A stretch of 64,000 nt of DNA from the NCBI GenBank assembly GCA_963724265.1, contig CAVRTU010000005.1:280800-344799 (forward strand), read 5' to 3'. Shown here one piece after another: positions 42,715 to 51,713 of the stretch; position 1 is the first letter of the stretch; every line of letters begins with the position of its first letter. Origin of the DNA: an uncultured Gemmatimonadales bacterium. GTDB lineage: Bacteria > Gemmatimonadota > Gemmatimonadetes > Gemmatimonadales > GWC2-71-9. The translations under genes were made by a program, and so were the position numbers. The notes below the pieces were generated by a model. The model saw nothing but the letters and a program-made list of their open reading frames with translations. It made no database searches and had not been told where the DNA came from.

Positions 42715-44295
42715 ATGAGCCAGAAACTCCCTGCCGGTGTGAAGATCACGGGGCCAGTCGAGCCGGGCTTCGAAGCGATCCTGACGCCCGAAGCCCTGGC
42801 CTTCGTGGCCAAGCTGCACCGATCCTTCAACGCGCGGCGCAAGAAACTGCTGGCCGCGCGGGTGGAGCGCGGCAAGCGGCTGGATGCCGGCGAGCGGCCC
42901 GATTTTCTGGCCGAGACCGCGGCGGTTCGCGCCGGCGACTGGCGCATCGCGCCGCTGCCCAAAGCGGTCGAGTGCCGCCGGGTCGAGATCACCGGCCCGG
43001 TGGATGCCAAGATGATCATCAACGCGCTCAACTCCGGGGCCGACAGCTACATGACGGACTTCGAGGACAGCACCTCGCCGTCGTGGGCCAATCTGATCCG
43101 GGGCCAGGTCAACCTGGTCGGTGCCATCCGCCGGACGCTGACCTTCGAACAGGGTGGCAAGCTCTACAAGCTCAATGACAGGACCGCCACGCTGCAGATG
43201 CGACCGCGTGGCTGGCACCTGGATGAGAAGCATGTGCTGGTCGACGGCCAGCGTGTCTCGGGCGCCCTCTTCGACTTCGCCCTGTTCCTCTTTCACAACG
43301 CCCAGGAACAGCTCGCCCGCGGAGCGGGACCGTACTTCTACCTGCCCAAGCTCGAGAACCACCTCGAAGCCCGGCTCTGGAACGAGGTCTTCGTGATGGC
43401 CCAGCAGGAACTCGGCCTGCCGCAGGGGACGATCAAGGCCACCGTGCTGATCGAGACCATCCTGGCCGCCTTCGAGATGGACGAGATCCTTTACGAGTTG
43501 CGGGAGCACAGCGCCGGGCTCAACGCGGGGCGGTGGGACTACATCTTCAGCTGCATCAAGAAGTTCAAGCGCGACCGGAGCTTCTGCCTCGCCGATCGGG
43601 CCCGGGTCACGATGCATGTACCGTTCATGAGGGCGTATGCCCTGCTCCTGCTGAAGACCTGCCACCGGCGGGGGGCGCCCGCCATCAGCGGCATGAGCGC
43701 ACAGATCCCGGTCAAGCACAGTCCCGAGATCCACGCGATGGCGATCGAGGCGGTTGGAACCGACAAGCGCCGCGCCGCGGAGGATGGCTACGATGGCGCC
43801 TGGGTGGCCCACCCTGGCCTGGTCGAGGTGGCGATGAAGGAGTTCATTGCCGTGCTCGGCGACCGCCCCAACCAGTGGGACAGGCAGCGCGACGACGTGA
43901 CGGTGACAGCGGCCGACCTGCTCGACTTCCAGCCCGAGACGCCGATCACCGAGGCCGGCCTGCGCCTCAACATCAATGTCGGCATCCATTACCTGGGAGC
44001 CTGGCTGGCCGGCAGCGGCTGTGTCCCGATCCACAACCTGATGGAAGACGCCGCGACGGCCGAGATCAGCCGCAGCCAGGTCTGGCAGTGGATTCGCTCG
44101 CCCAAGGGGGTGCTCGACGATGGCCGCAAGGTGACGGCCGACCTGGTGCGGGCGCTCATTCCCGAGGAACTGGCCAAGGTCAAGGCCACGGGCACCGAGG
44201 GGCGGTTCGACAGGGCGGCCCAGATCTTCGCGCACATGAGCACTCAGCCCGACTTCGCCGAGTTTCTCACCTTGCCCTTGTACGAAGAGATCTGA
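42715..44295 (+). CDS. aceB: Malate synthase A
   Basis: Intact. MSQKLPAGVKITGPV... (ATG 42715 within ORF 42643..44295), NSGADSYMTDFEDSTSP, YFYLPKLENHLEARLWNEVF, LIETILAAFEMDEILYELREHSAGLNAGRWDYIFS. Confidence 0.92.
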   Translation: MSQKLPAGVKITGPVEPGFEAILTPEALAFVAKLHRSFNARRKKLLAARVERGKRLDAGERPDFLAETAAVRAGDWRIAPLPKAVECRRVEITGPVDAKMIINALNSGADSYMTDFEDSTSPSWANLIRGQVNLVGAIRRTLTFEQGGKLYKLNDRTATLQMRPRGWHLDEKHVLVDGQRVSGALFDFALFLFHNAQEQLARGAGPYFYLPKLENHLEARLWNEVFVMAQQELGLPQGTIKATVLIETILAAFEMDEILYELREHSAGLNAGRWDYIFSCIKKFKRDRSFCLADRARVTMHVPFMRAYALLLLKTCHRRGAPAISGMSAQIPVKHSPEIHAMAIEAVGTDKRRAAEDGYDGAWVAHPGLVEVAMKEFIAVLGDRPNQWDRQRDDVTVTAADLLDFQPETPITEAGLRLNINVGIHYLGAWLAGSGCVPIHNLMEDAATAEISRSQVWQWIRSPKGVLDDGRKVTADLVRALIPEELAKVKATGTEGRFDRAAQIFAHMSTQPDFAEFLTLPLYEEI

Positions 44296-44319
44296 GCGCG
44301 ATCCGCCTGCGGACGCCAT

Positions 44320-44355
44320 GATGCCCTGCGGGCCGTCAGGCGCCCGCAGGGCATC
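44320..44355. terminator. Hairpin between convergent aceB and the DUF3494 gene
   Basis: gatgccctgcggg / ccgtcaggcg / cccgcagggcatc, a 13-bp stem with no clear U-tract on either side. Confidence 0.45.
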
Positions 44356-44396
44356 GATCCAGCAACAACGTGGGTGCTGTCTTCCGGCCACCGGAC

Positions 44397-45512
44397 CTAC
44401 GGGTTCGTGATGGCCGTCGCGTCGAGCGTGACCGCGGTCTGGGCCAGCGCGCGGCCCGTCATCGTGGTGCCGGTCTCCATCGCGATCAACGTCTGCGACA
44501 GGATGATCCCCTTGAAGTTCGATGTCGTGCCAAGGGTCGCCGATCCCGCGACCTGCCAGAAGACATTCTTGGCCTGGGCACCGCCGGTCAGCGTCACGAC
44601 GGCGCCGTTGCCCACGGTGAGCGTCTGGGCGATCTGGAAGATCCACACATCGTTGGCGCCGCCCGACAGGGTGACGACGGTGGGGATCGAGACTCCCGTG
44701 CCCCACTTGTACAGGCCCGGAGCGAGCGTCAGTCCGTCGATGTTCCCGGCGCCGAGTTCGGTGAAGTCAGGCAGGGTGCGGCCGGCGGCGTCCGTGTACG
44801 CGGTCTCCATGTCGAGCACCGCGGTGGTCAGCACCGTCGGGGTCGGCGCGTCGTAATCGGACGCGAAGACCTGTCCGGTCACCAGGGCGGAGGTCGAGAA
44901 TGTGGTCGGGGGGGCGGACAGTGCGAAGCCAGTGATGAACGATGCAGCGGCCGGGCTCAACCCGACATCCCCCACCACGGCGGTAGCGCCGGTGGTCGAT
45001 ATCGCGGACTTGGCCAGGATGACGTAGTTGGCGGCCGTGCCAAGGTCAACCGCGGCCGGGCCCGTCGGTGACGTTGCGACCGTGGTGAAACTCCATGTCT
45101 TCGCCGCGGCCAGCGCACCGCCCGCGATGTCCTTGGCACCGGTCGAGATGGTGGCGGTGAACGAAGTGTTCGGGTCGAGCGTGTTCGCGGGGTTCAGCGT
45201 CGCCGTCGTGCCGGCATACGTCACCACGCCAGGAATGACGGTCGCGCCGTTTCTGAGCGTGAAGGTCGTCGCGTTGATGGTCGTGGGGTCCATCGCCTCG
45301 CTGAAGGTAGCCGTGACCGAAACATTCCTGGGGACTCCGGTCGCAGCACTGGCGGGGCCGGTCGCGGTCACCGTCGGCAAGGTATTGGTCGGCGTGGGGG
45401 AACTGCTGTCGCATGCCGCGGAGAGCAGCGCCAGCGTGATGAAGGTTGCCGCGGCCAATCTGGGTGGCGCAAGCGCCCGTGCCAGATGCATGCGGCGATT
45501 GTTCGTGAACAT
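44397..45512 (-). CDS. DUF3494 (ice-binding-protein-like beta-helix) lipoprotein with N-terminal Ig-like domain
   Basis: 371 aa. Lipobox LLSAAC. SbsA-Ig-like segment (VSVTATFSEAMDPTTINATTFTL). Then AVDLGTAANYVILAKSAISTTGATAVVGDVGLSPAAASFITGF...LAPGLYKWGTGVSI...NVFWQVAGSATLGTTSNFKGIILSQTLIAMETGTTMTGRALAQTAVTL, typical of DUF3494. Confidence 0.8.
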   Translation of the reverse strand: MFTNNRRMHLARALAPPRLAAATFITLALLSAACDSSSPTPTNTLPTVTATGPASAATGVPRNVSVTATFSEAMDPTTINATTFTLRNGATVIPGVVTYAGTTATLNPANTLDPNTSFTATISTGAKDIAGGALAAAKTWSFTTVATSPTGPAAVDLGTAANYVILAKSAISTTGATAVVGDVGLSPAAASFITGFALSAPPTTFSTSALVTGQVFASDYDAPTPTVLTTAVLDMETAYTDAAGRTLPDFTELGAGNIDGLTLAPGLYKWGTGVSIPTVVTLSGGANDVWIFQIAQTLTVGNGAVVTLTGGAQAKNVFWQVAGSATLGTTSNFKGIILSQTLIAMETGTTMTGRALAQTAVTLDATAITNP

Positions 45513-45596
45513 AGATGGATCTCCTCAGGGCAGTGGTGCGCAGCCGGACAGGGAAGTGCAGCACCAAAGCTAGGGATGATCGCCTTGAACACCCAT

Positions 45597-45742
45597 CGCT
45601 CGAAGGGATGAAAGAGGAAGTAGGCTTTACGAGCGAGATGAGAGCCGTCCATCGTCTACCACGTGCGCGCACTGATTCCGGAGGAGCTGACCAAGAGAGT
45701 TTCGCCGAGCTTCTCACCTTGCCGGTGTATGGGAGATCTGCG
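45597..45742 (+). pseudogene. Decayed duplicate of the malate synthase 3' end
   Basis: ttcgccgagCttctcaccttgccGGtgtaTgGgagatctgC matches aceB 44258-44297 (FAEFLTLPLYEEI*). Upstream gcgcactgattccggaggagctgaccaag matches aceB gcgctcattcccgaggaactggccaag. Internal deletions and no ORF. Confidence 0.6.
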
Positions 45743-45768
45743 CGGGCGGGGCTCGTGGTGCTGAAAAG

Positions 45769-45806
45769 GAACGCCCCTCCCGGTGCTGGGAGGGGCGTTC
45801 GTTTGA
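45769..45806. terminator. Intrinsic terminator-like hairpin after the aceB relic
   Basis: gaacgcccctcc / cggtgct / gggaggggcgttc followed by GTTTG. Also 26 nt from the stop of the minus-strand gene at 45832. Confidence 0.6.
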
Positions 45807-45831
45807 CTTGCCGCTCGCCAGCTGGTGCGAC

Positions 45832-46953
45832 TCAGTGTCCCTGGTCGTGGGGCACGGTGACGGTGGCGGTCGCTTCGGTCGCGTTGCCCGAGGAGTCCGT
45901 CACCCGGTAGACGAAGGTGTACACCCGCCCGCTGCCGGTGCCGGAGCGTTCGGCGCGCACCTGTACGGTGCGGTCATCCGTGCCGATATCGGCTCCCGAA
46001 ATGTCAGGGGCGGTGTTCCCGTCGCCCAGCCCGTTTTCGGGTTCGTTGCTCGTCACCGACAGCAGCTCGACCCTCGGCGCCAGGTCGCAGTCCTGGATGT
46101 CCAGGATGGCATGGACCTCCTTCATCTTGTGATTCGGCGGCCAGAGGTGGTCCGGGCTCATCGTGAGGGTGACCACCGGCGCTTCCGTGTCGGTCACGGT
46201 CACCGTGACCTCGTCGGTCGACGTGGCACCAGCCTTGTCGGTCACCTTCAGGGTCACCACGGTGGCACCGGGTGGCAGGCTCACCTGGACCACTTCGCCG
46301 GTGGCGATCAGGGAATCTCCAATGAACCATTCGAACGACGCGATGTCGTCATTGGTGCCGGTGGTCGAGTTGGAGTCGGTCGATCCCGATCCGTCCAGGG
46401 TGACGGTACCGCCGCTGGTGAGAGTCAGACCTGGGCCGCCGCCACCACCACCGCCGCAGGTGAGGGTCTGATCCTCGCCCGCATTCGCCACGGGCGGGAA
46501 GTCGACGGCAACGACTGCCGACTTCGTCGAGGCTCCCGAGGTGCCGGTCACGGTGACCTCCCCGATCTGGTCCTCCGTGACATAGAGCGTGTCCAGGGCC
46601 AATCCGTCCTGGTCGGTGGTGACCGGCTGCCCGGCGGAGAACAGTGTGCCCGCGCTGGTACCGAAGGTCACTTCGACACCAGGCACCGGCTGCAGCGTGG
46701 CATCCAGCACGATCGCGGAGATCGCACTCTTGCCGGTGAGCTTCTGCGTGCCCGGATCGCGCGGCGCGCTGGGATTGTTCGGGTCGAGGATGATCAGGGC
46801 CGGGTCGGCCGAGAGATTGACGCCCTCCTCCAGAATCGACCGCTGGGTGCCGTTGCCCATCACCTTGTCGCTGCCGGCATCCGAGCAGGACAGGGTGAAC
46901 GTTGCGAGCAGGGCAAGTAAGGGGAAAGGCCACGAGAGCCGTTGGGTGCGCAT
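45832..46953 (-). CDS. Surface lipoprotein with Ig-like (Big_1-type) and PKD-like domains
   Basis: ORF 45832..47022; probable start MRTQRLSWPFPLLALLATFTLSC (lipobox). VPGVEVTFGTSAGTLFSAGQPVTTDQDGLALDTLYV (invasin-like Ig) and VANAGEDQTL...VTLDGSGSTD...VTLKVTDKAGATSTDEVTVTV (PKD-like). Confidence 0.65.
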   Translation of the reverse strand: MRTQRLSWPFPLLALLATFTLSCSDAGSDKVMGNGTQRSILEEGVNLSADPALIILDPNNPSAPRDPGTQKLTGKSAISAIVLDATLQPVPGVEVTFGTSAGTLFSAGQPVTTDQDGLALDTLYVTEDQIGEVTVTGTSGASTKSAVVAVDFPPVANAGEDQTLTCGGGGGGGPGLTLTSGGTVTLDGSGSTDSNSTTGTNDDIASFEWFIGDSLIATGEVVQVSLPPGATVVTLKVTDKAGATSTDEVTVTVTDTEAPVVTLTMSPDHLWPPNHKMKEVHAILDIQDCDLAPRVELLSVTSNEPENGLGDGNTAPDISGADIGTDDRTVQVRAERSGTGSGRVYTFVYRVTDSSGNATEATATVTVPHDQGH

Positions 46954-47109
46954 GGTGAGTTCCTCCGGGGGACTGCCCGCTCCTGCCGGATCGACGTGAT
47001 CCGGAAGTCGAATCAATGACAAGCTATCAACCGTGTCGGCGGCTCGGCAACTCTAGGCTGGATTTCGGTGAGATGGATTCCCGGCAAATCTACGGGTGCC
47101 ACCACTCGA

Positions 47110-48243
47110 TCACCCTTGTCCTCGAATCGCATTCCTCACGGCGTTCGCCGCCCAGATCAGCAGCATCCGGATACCGAGGTGCAGGCGGACCCCGATCGGA
47201 AAGTGTCGCAGCGAGCGCCAGGCCTCGCGATCGCGAATCGCGGAGAGCAATCCTGCGACCGTGCCCAGGCGGACCTGGCTGCGCAGCCGGTTGGGGCCGA
47301 CCACGGAGACGACCCCGGGGACGAATCGCTGGTCGGCGGAGACTTCCCGTCCCTCGAGCACCGCGGTGAAAGGATCGAACAGCTCGACTCCGGAGTCCGA
47401 GGCCGTGGTGATCGACCCCCAGGGCCTGGGGTTGACTTCGAGGAACTGAAAGGCGCCCGCGCGATCACGGATGAAGTCAGCGTGGGCCAGCCCGGTCCAG
47501 CGCAGTCCCTCGAAGATCCGCCGGGTGGCATCCGCCAGCGCCGGGTCGTCGTCGGAACGGACCGAGGTGGCCTGGCCCCGCTCAGGCGGGTCGAGCGCCA
47601 GCTTTTCCGCGGCGTAGTACCTGAGCATCGTGCCGTTGAGAAACAGTCCGGTGGCCATCCAGGTCGGGCCTGGGATGAACTGCTGTGCCACCAGGCCGCC
47701 GGCGGATCCGGCCCCAAGTTCCAAGACCGCCAGTTCCGCCTCGTTGGCTGTCCGGGCCATGCGAACCCGATCGCCGCCCAGGCCGGTGTCGCCCTTGATG
47801 ACCATTGGATAGCCGAGGCTTTCGCCGGCGGCGGCCAGGTCGGCCGGCGTATGGAGCCAGCGCTGTTGCGGCGCCACGAGGCCCAGGTCGGCGGCAAACT
47901 GGGCCAGTCTGCCCTTGCTGCGCACCAGCTGCTGTTGCCACACTTCGGTGCGTGGAAAGAGCAGCGGCGCCCAGCGGGGTCCCGCGTCCCACAGCCGGTA
48001 GAGAGCCGGCTCGAATAACGGCATGACAACCGTGGCGCCGGTGCGGGCGACCGCCCGCTCCACGGCCGGAAGGAATCGATCGCTGTCCGGATGCGCGACT
48101 CGCGACTGCGAGGCCAGTCCGCTCAGGAACAGCGGGTCCACCCATCGAGTCCCCAGGCGGTGGACGCGGTGACCCCGGCGGCTAAGTTCGTGGGCCAGCA
48201 GAAACGCCGACGGCCAGCCGTCGTCTATGATGAGGAGATCCAT
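47110..48243 (-). CDS. ATP-grasp domain protein (unknown substrate)
   Basis: ORF 47110..48408. Preferred ATG at 48243 (MDLLIIDDGWPSAFLLAHEL). GYPMVIKGDTGLGGDRVRMA...GLVAQQFIPG...ADFIRDRAGAFQFLEVNPRPWGS is the ATP-grasp pattern. The Arg-rich 55-aa N-terminal extension is judged spurious. Confidence 0.7.
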   Translation of the reverse strand: MDLLIIDDGWPSAFLLAHELSRRGHRVHRLGTRWVDPLFLSGLASQSRVAHPDSDRFLPAVERAVARTGATVVMPLFEPALYRLWDAGPRWAPLLFPRTEVWQQQLVRSKGRLAQFAADLGLVAPQQRWLHTPADLAAAGESLGYPMVIKGDTGLGGDRVRMARTANEAELAVLELGAGSAGGLVAQQFIPGPTWMATGLFLNGTMLRYYAAEKLALDPPERGQATSVRSDDDPALADATRRIFEGLRWTGLAHADFIRDRAGAFQFLEVNPRPWGSITTASDSGVELFDPFTAVLEGREVSADQRFVPGVVSVVGPNRLRSQVRLGTVAGLLSAIRDREAWRSLRHFPIGVRLHLGIRMLLIWAANAVRNAIRGQG

Positions 48244-48305
48244 TGGATGCTGCCCAATCTGCCCTCTACAGACCACCTGCGCCACAGGACCCGGAGCGTC
48301 CGCGC

Positions 48306-48761
48306 ATGCTGATCCGCCGGGCCTCGACCGACGACCTCTCCGTCCTCGCACCTCTGTTCGACGCCTACCGCCAGTTCTACCGGAAGCCGGCCGACCTGGC
48401 GCTGGCACATCGCTTTCTGGAGGAGCGGCTCTCGCGGAACGAATCGGTGATCTTCCTGGCCTTGTCTGATGCCGCTGCGGGGGCCGATCCGCTTGGGTTC
48501 ACGCAGCTCTACCATACATTCTGCTCCACTGCGGCCGCCCCGATCCTCGTCCTGTACGATCTCTTCGTGACGCCTGGCGGCCGGCGCCGGGGCGTGGGTC
48601 GCAGCCTGATGGAGGCCGCCCACCACTACGCCCGCGAAGCCGGTGTCCAGCGAGTGGTCCTTTCCACCGCCCACGACAACCTCAAGGCCCAGGCTCTCTA
48701 TGAGTCCCTCGGCTACCAGCTGGACACCGCATTCCGGGTCTATGAACTGCCGCTCGGGTAG
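48306..48761 (+). CDS. GNAT-family N-acetyltransferase
   Basis: MLIRRASTDDLSVLAPLFDAYRQFY...LYDLFVTPGGRRRGVGRSLMEAAHHYAREAG (Q/RxxGxG/A acetyl-CoA motif)...AQALYESLGY. Divergent from the ATP-grasp gene. Confidence 0.8.
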   Translation: MLIRRASTDDLSVLAPLFDAYRQFYRKPADLALAHRFLEERLSRNESVIFLALSDAAAGADPLGFTQLYHTFCSTAAAPILVLYDLFVTPGGRRRGVGRSLMEAAHHYAREAGVQRVVLSTAHDNLKAQALYESLGYQLDTAFRVYELPLG

Positions 48762-48847
48762 CCGGCTGAAACCCAGCCTCCGTGGCCCCGTTAAGGGTCG
48801 CGACGTGATGGCCCGCCACTCCACCGCCCGAATCGAGAGCACCTGAT

Positions 48848-51661
48848 ATGAGGACCCGTCTGACGTCCCTGGTCATCCTGGCGACCGCCCTCCTCCTGGC
48901 CGGCGCCCTCCCCGCTCAGCAACCGGCGGCTCCCGCCGCGCCGGCCAGGCCCGCCGTCCACAAGCCGGCCCCTTCGACCACCGTCGTTGCGGTTCCCGGG
49001 CCGAGCGTGGAAGGCATTTCCGAGTACAACCTGCCCAACGGCCTCAAGGTCCTGCTCTTTCCCGATCAGTCCAAGCCGACCATCACGGTGAACATCACCT
49101 ACCTGGTCGGCTCCAGGCACGAAGGGTACGGCGAGACCGGGATGGCCCACCTCCTCGAGCACATGCTGTTCAAGGGCTCGACCCGCCACCCCGACGTCTG
49201 GCACGAACTCGATTCGCACGGCGCCAATCCCAACGGTACGACCTGGTACGACCGCACCAACTACTTCGAGACCTTTGCGGCCAGCGACTCGAATCTGGTC
49301 TGGTCCCTCGATCTCGAGGCCGACCGGATGGTCAACAGCTTCATCGCGGCCGACGCACTGAAGAGCGAATTCACCGTGGTGCGGAACGAATTCGAGCTGG
49401 GTGAGAACGATCCGGCCGGGATCCTGGAGGAACGGGTGCTCTCGACGGCCTACCTCTGGCACAACTACGGCAACTCTACCATCGGCGCCCGGTCCGACAT
49501 CGAAGGCGTGCCGGTCGACCGGCTGAAGAACTTCTATCGCCGGTATTACCAGCCCGACAACGCGGTGCTTGTGGTGGCCGGCAAGATCGATCCCAAGCGG
49601 GCGCTCCAACTCGTGGTCCAGAAGTTCGGCCGCATTCCGCGGCCTGACCGCGGCGGAGTTCTCAAGATCTATCCGACCTACACCCGGGAGCCGGTGCAGG
49701 ACGGCGAACGGTATGTCACCCTGCGCCGGGTGGGCGACGTGCAGGTGGTGACCGTCGCCTACCACACGCCGTCGGGGGCCGATTCCGAGTTCGCGGCGGT
49801 GGACGTCCTGGCCCACGTCCTGGGCGACGCCCCGTCGGGCCGGCTCTACCAGGGACTGGTCCAGGCCGGCAAAGCCGCCACCGTCTCGGCCTATGCCAAC
49901 CAGTTCCGGGAACCGGGCACTCTCGTCGCCTCGGCCACGGTCCGCAAGGAGGACTCGCTCCCGGTGGCCCGGGCAGCGATGGCGGAGGCCATTGCGGGCA
50001 TCCTCGCGACGCCGGCGACTCCCGATGAGGTGGAGCGGGCCAAGGCCGGGATGCTCAAGCGCATCGACCTGACCCTCAACAACTCCGAGCAGGCGGCGCT
50101 CTCGCTGACCAAGTGGGTGTCGATCGGCGACTGGCGCCTCCTCTTCCTCAACCGCGACCGGATCAAGGCCGTCACCGCCGGGGACGTCTCCCGGGTAGCG
50201 GCGGCGTATCTCAAGCCCTCGAACGCCACGTGGGGTGAATTCCTCCCCACCGAGAAGCCCGACCGCGCCGAGATCCCGCCCACGCCCGACGTGGCGCTGC
50301 TGGTCAAGGACTACAAGGGCGACACGGCACGGACCGTGGGCGAGGCCTTCGATCCCTCGCCCGCCAACATTGACGCGCGCACCACGGTCAGCACCCTGCC
50401 TGACGGGATGAAGCTGGCCCTGCTGCCCAAGCAGACGAGGGGCCAGACGGTCAACGTCCGGATGACCCTCCGGTTCGGCACCCGCGAGGCCCTGCAGGGC
50501 AAGGCGACGTCGGCGGACCTGGCGGCCGACATGCTCCTTCGCGGAACGCGCACCCGCACGCGCCAGCAGATCAAGGATGAGCTCGATCGCCTGAAGACGA
50601 CGCTGGCGATCAGCGGTTCCCCCACCGGGGCCCAGATCCGGATGGAATCCACCCGGCCCAACCTCCTCGAGGCGCTCACCCTCCTGGGCGAGGTCCTCCG
50701 GGAGCCGGCCTTCGACACCAAGGAGTTCGGCGAGCTGCAGCAGGAGAACCTGGCGGCGCTCGAGTCGCAGAAGTCCGACCCGATCGCCCAGGGCCAGATC
50801 GCGTTCAGCCGGTACATGAACCCGGCCCCCAAGGGCGACCCGCGTTACACCCCCACGACCGACGAACAGGTGGCGGACTACACGGCGGCCACCGTCGACC
50901 AGGCCCGCCAGTTCTACGCCGAATTCTACGGGGCGTCGAATGCGCAAATGGCAGTGGTGGGGGACTTCGACGCCAGGCAAGTCGGCGATCTCGTCGGGTC
51001 GCTGTTCGGCGCCTGGAAGAGCAGCACGCCCTTCGTCCGCATTCCGTTCACCTACGACGACGTGGCGGCGAGCGAGATCACCATCGATACGCCGGACAAG
51101 GCGAACGCCTTTCTCCTGGCAGGCGAAAACATGCCGATGCAGGATGACGACCCGGACTATCCCGCCATGGTCATGGGAGACTACATGCTCGGCGGGGGCA
51201 ACCTCAGTTCGCGCCTGGCCGACCGGATCCGGCAGAAGGAGGGCGCCAGCTACGGGGTCGGCTCGTTCTTCACCGCCCGGCCGCTCGACAAGTCGGGGCA
51301 GTGGGGAGCCTATGCGATTTACGCTCCCGTCAATGCCGGCCGGGTCGAGACTGCGCTCCGCGAGGAGATCGACCGGGCGCTCAAGGACGGCTTCACCCCC
51401 GCCGAAGTCGCCAACGCCAAGCAGGGGTGGCTGCAGAACGCCGCGGTGGAGCGCTCGCAGGACGCCTCCCTCGCGGGAGCACTGGCCAGCAACCTCTTCC
51501 TGGGCCGCACCCTGTCCTTCGACGCCGGCATCGAGAAGCGGGTGGCGGCGCTGACGCCGGACCAGATCGTGGCCGTCATGCGGCGCTACCTCGACCCGGC
51601 CAAGGTGACCGTGGTCAAGGCTGGCGACTTCACCCAGGGGGCCGCACCCGCCAAGCCGTAG
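48848..51661 (+). CDS. Secreted M16-family (pitrilysin/insulinase-like) zinc peptidase, double-module
   Basis: 937-aa intact ORF. Signal peptide; HxxEH zinc motif in GMAHLLEHMLFKGS. A second inactive-type M16 module lies in the C-terminal half. Confidence 0.85.
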   Translation: MRTRLTSLVILATALLLAGALPAQQPAAPAAPARPAVHKPAPSTTVVAVPGPSVEGISEYNLPNGLKVLLFPDQSKPTITVNITYLVGSRHEGYGETGMAHLLEHMLFKGSTRHPDVWHELDSHGANPNGTTWYDRTNYFETFAASDSNLVWSLDLEADRMVNSFIAADALKSEFTVVRNEFELGENDPAGILEERVLSTAYLWHNYGNSTIGARSDIEGVPVDRLKNFYRRYYQPDNAVLVVAGKIDPKRALQLVVQKFGRIPRPDRGGVLKIYPTYTREPVQDGERYVTLRRVGDVQVVTVAYHTPSGADSEFAAVDVLAHVLGDAPSGRLYQGLVQAGKAATVSAYANQFREPGTLVASATVRKEDSLPVARAAMAEAIAGILATPATPDEVERAKAGMLKRIDLTLNNSEQAALSLTKWVSIGDWRLLFLNRDRIKAVTAGDVSRVAAAYLKPSNATWGEFLPTEKPDRAEIPPTPDVALLVKDYKGDTARTVGEAFDPSPANIDARTTVSTLPDGMKLALLPKQTRGQTVNVRMTLRFGTREALQGKATSADLAADMLLRGTRTRTRQQIKDELDRLKTTLAISGSPTGAQIRMESTRPNLLEALTLLGEVLREPAFDTKEFGELQQENLAALESQKSDPIAQGQIAFSRYMNPAPKGDPRYTPTTDEQVADYTAATVDQARQFYAEFYGASNAQMAVVGDFDARQVGDLVGSLFGAWKSSTPFVRIPFTYDDVAASEITIDTPDKANAFLLAGENMPMQDDDPDYPAMVMGDYMLGGGNLSSRLADRIRQKEGASYGVGSFFTARPLDKSGQWGAYAIYAPVNAGRVETALREEIDRALKDGFTPAEVANAKQGWLQNAAVERSQDASLAGALASNLFLGRTLSFDAGIEKRVAALTPDQIVAVMRRYLDPAKVTVVKAGDFTQGAAPAKP

Positions 51662-51713
51662 GGAAGCTCTGCCTCGCCGACCAGAAGATTGCTTCGGCCA
51701 TTATCTTCCAGGC

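Noticed and set aside
47110-48408. The 55-residue Arg-rich N-terminal extension of the ATP-grasp ORF (MPAPGRPASGRTGGRRRTEVRGRRGRRSRPGG...).
   Set aside because: The composition is typical of an out-of-context high-GC read-through. It would fully overlap the divergent GNAT gene. The internal ATG at 48243 gives a normal ATP-grasp N-terminus (MDLLIIDDG...).
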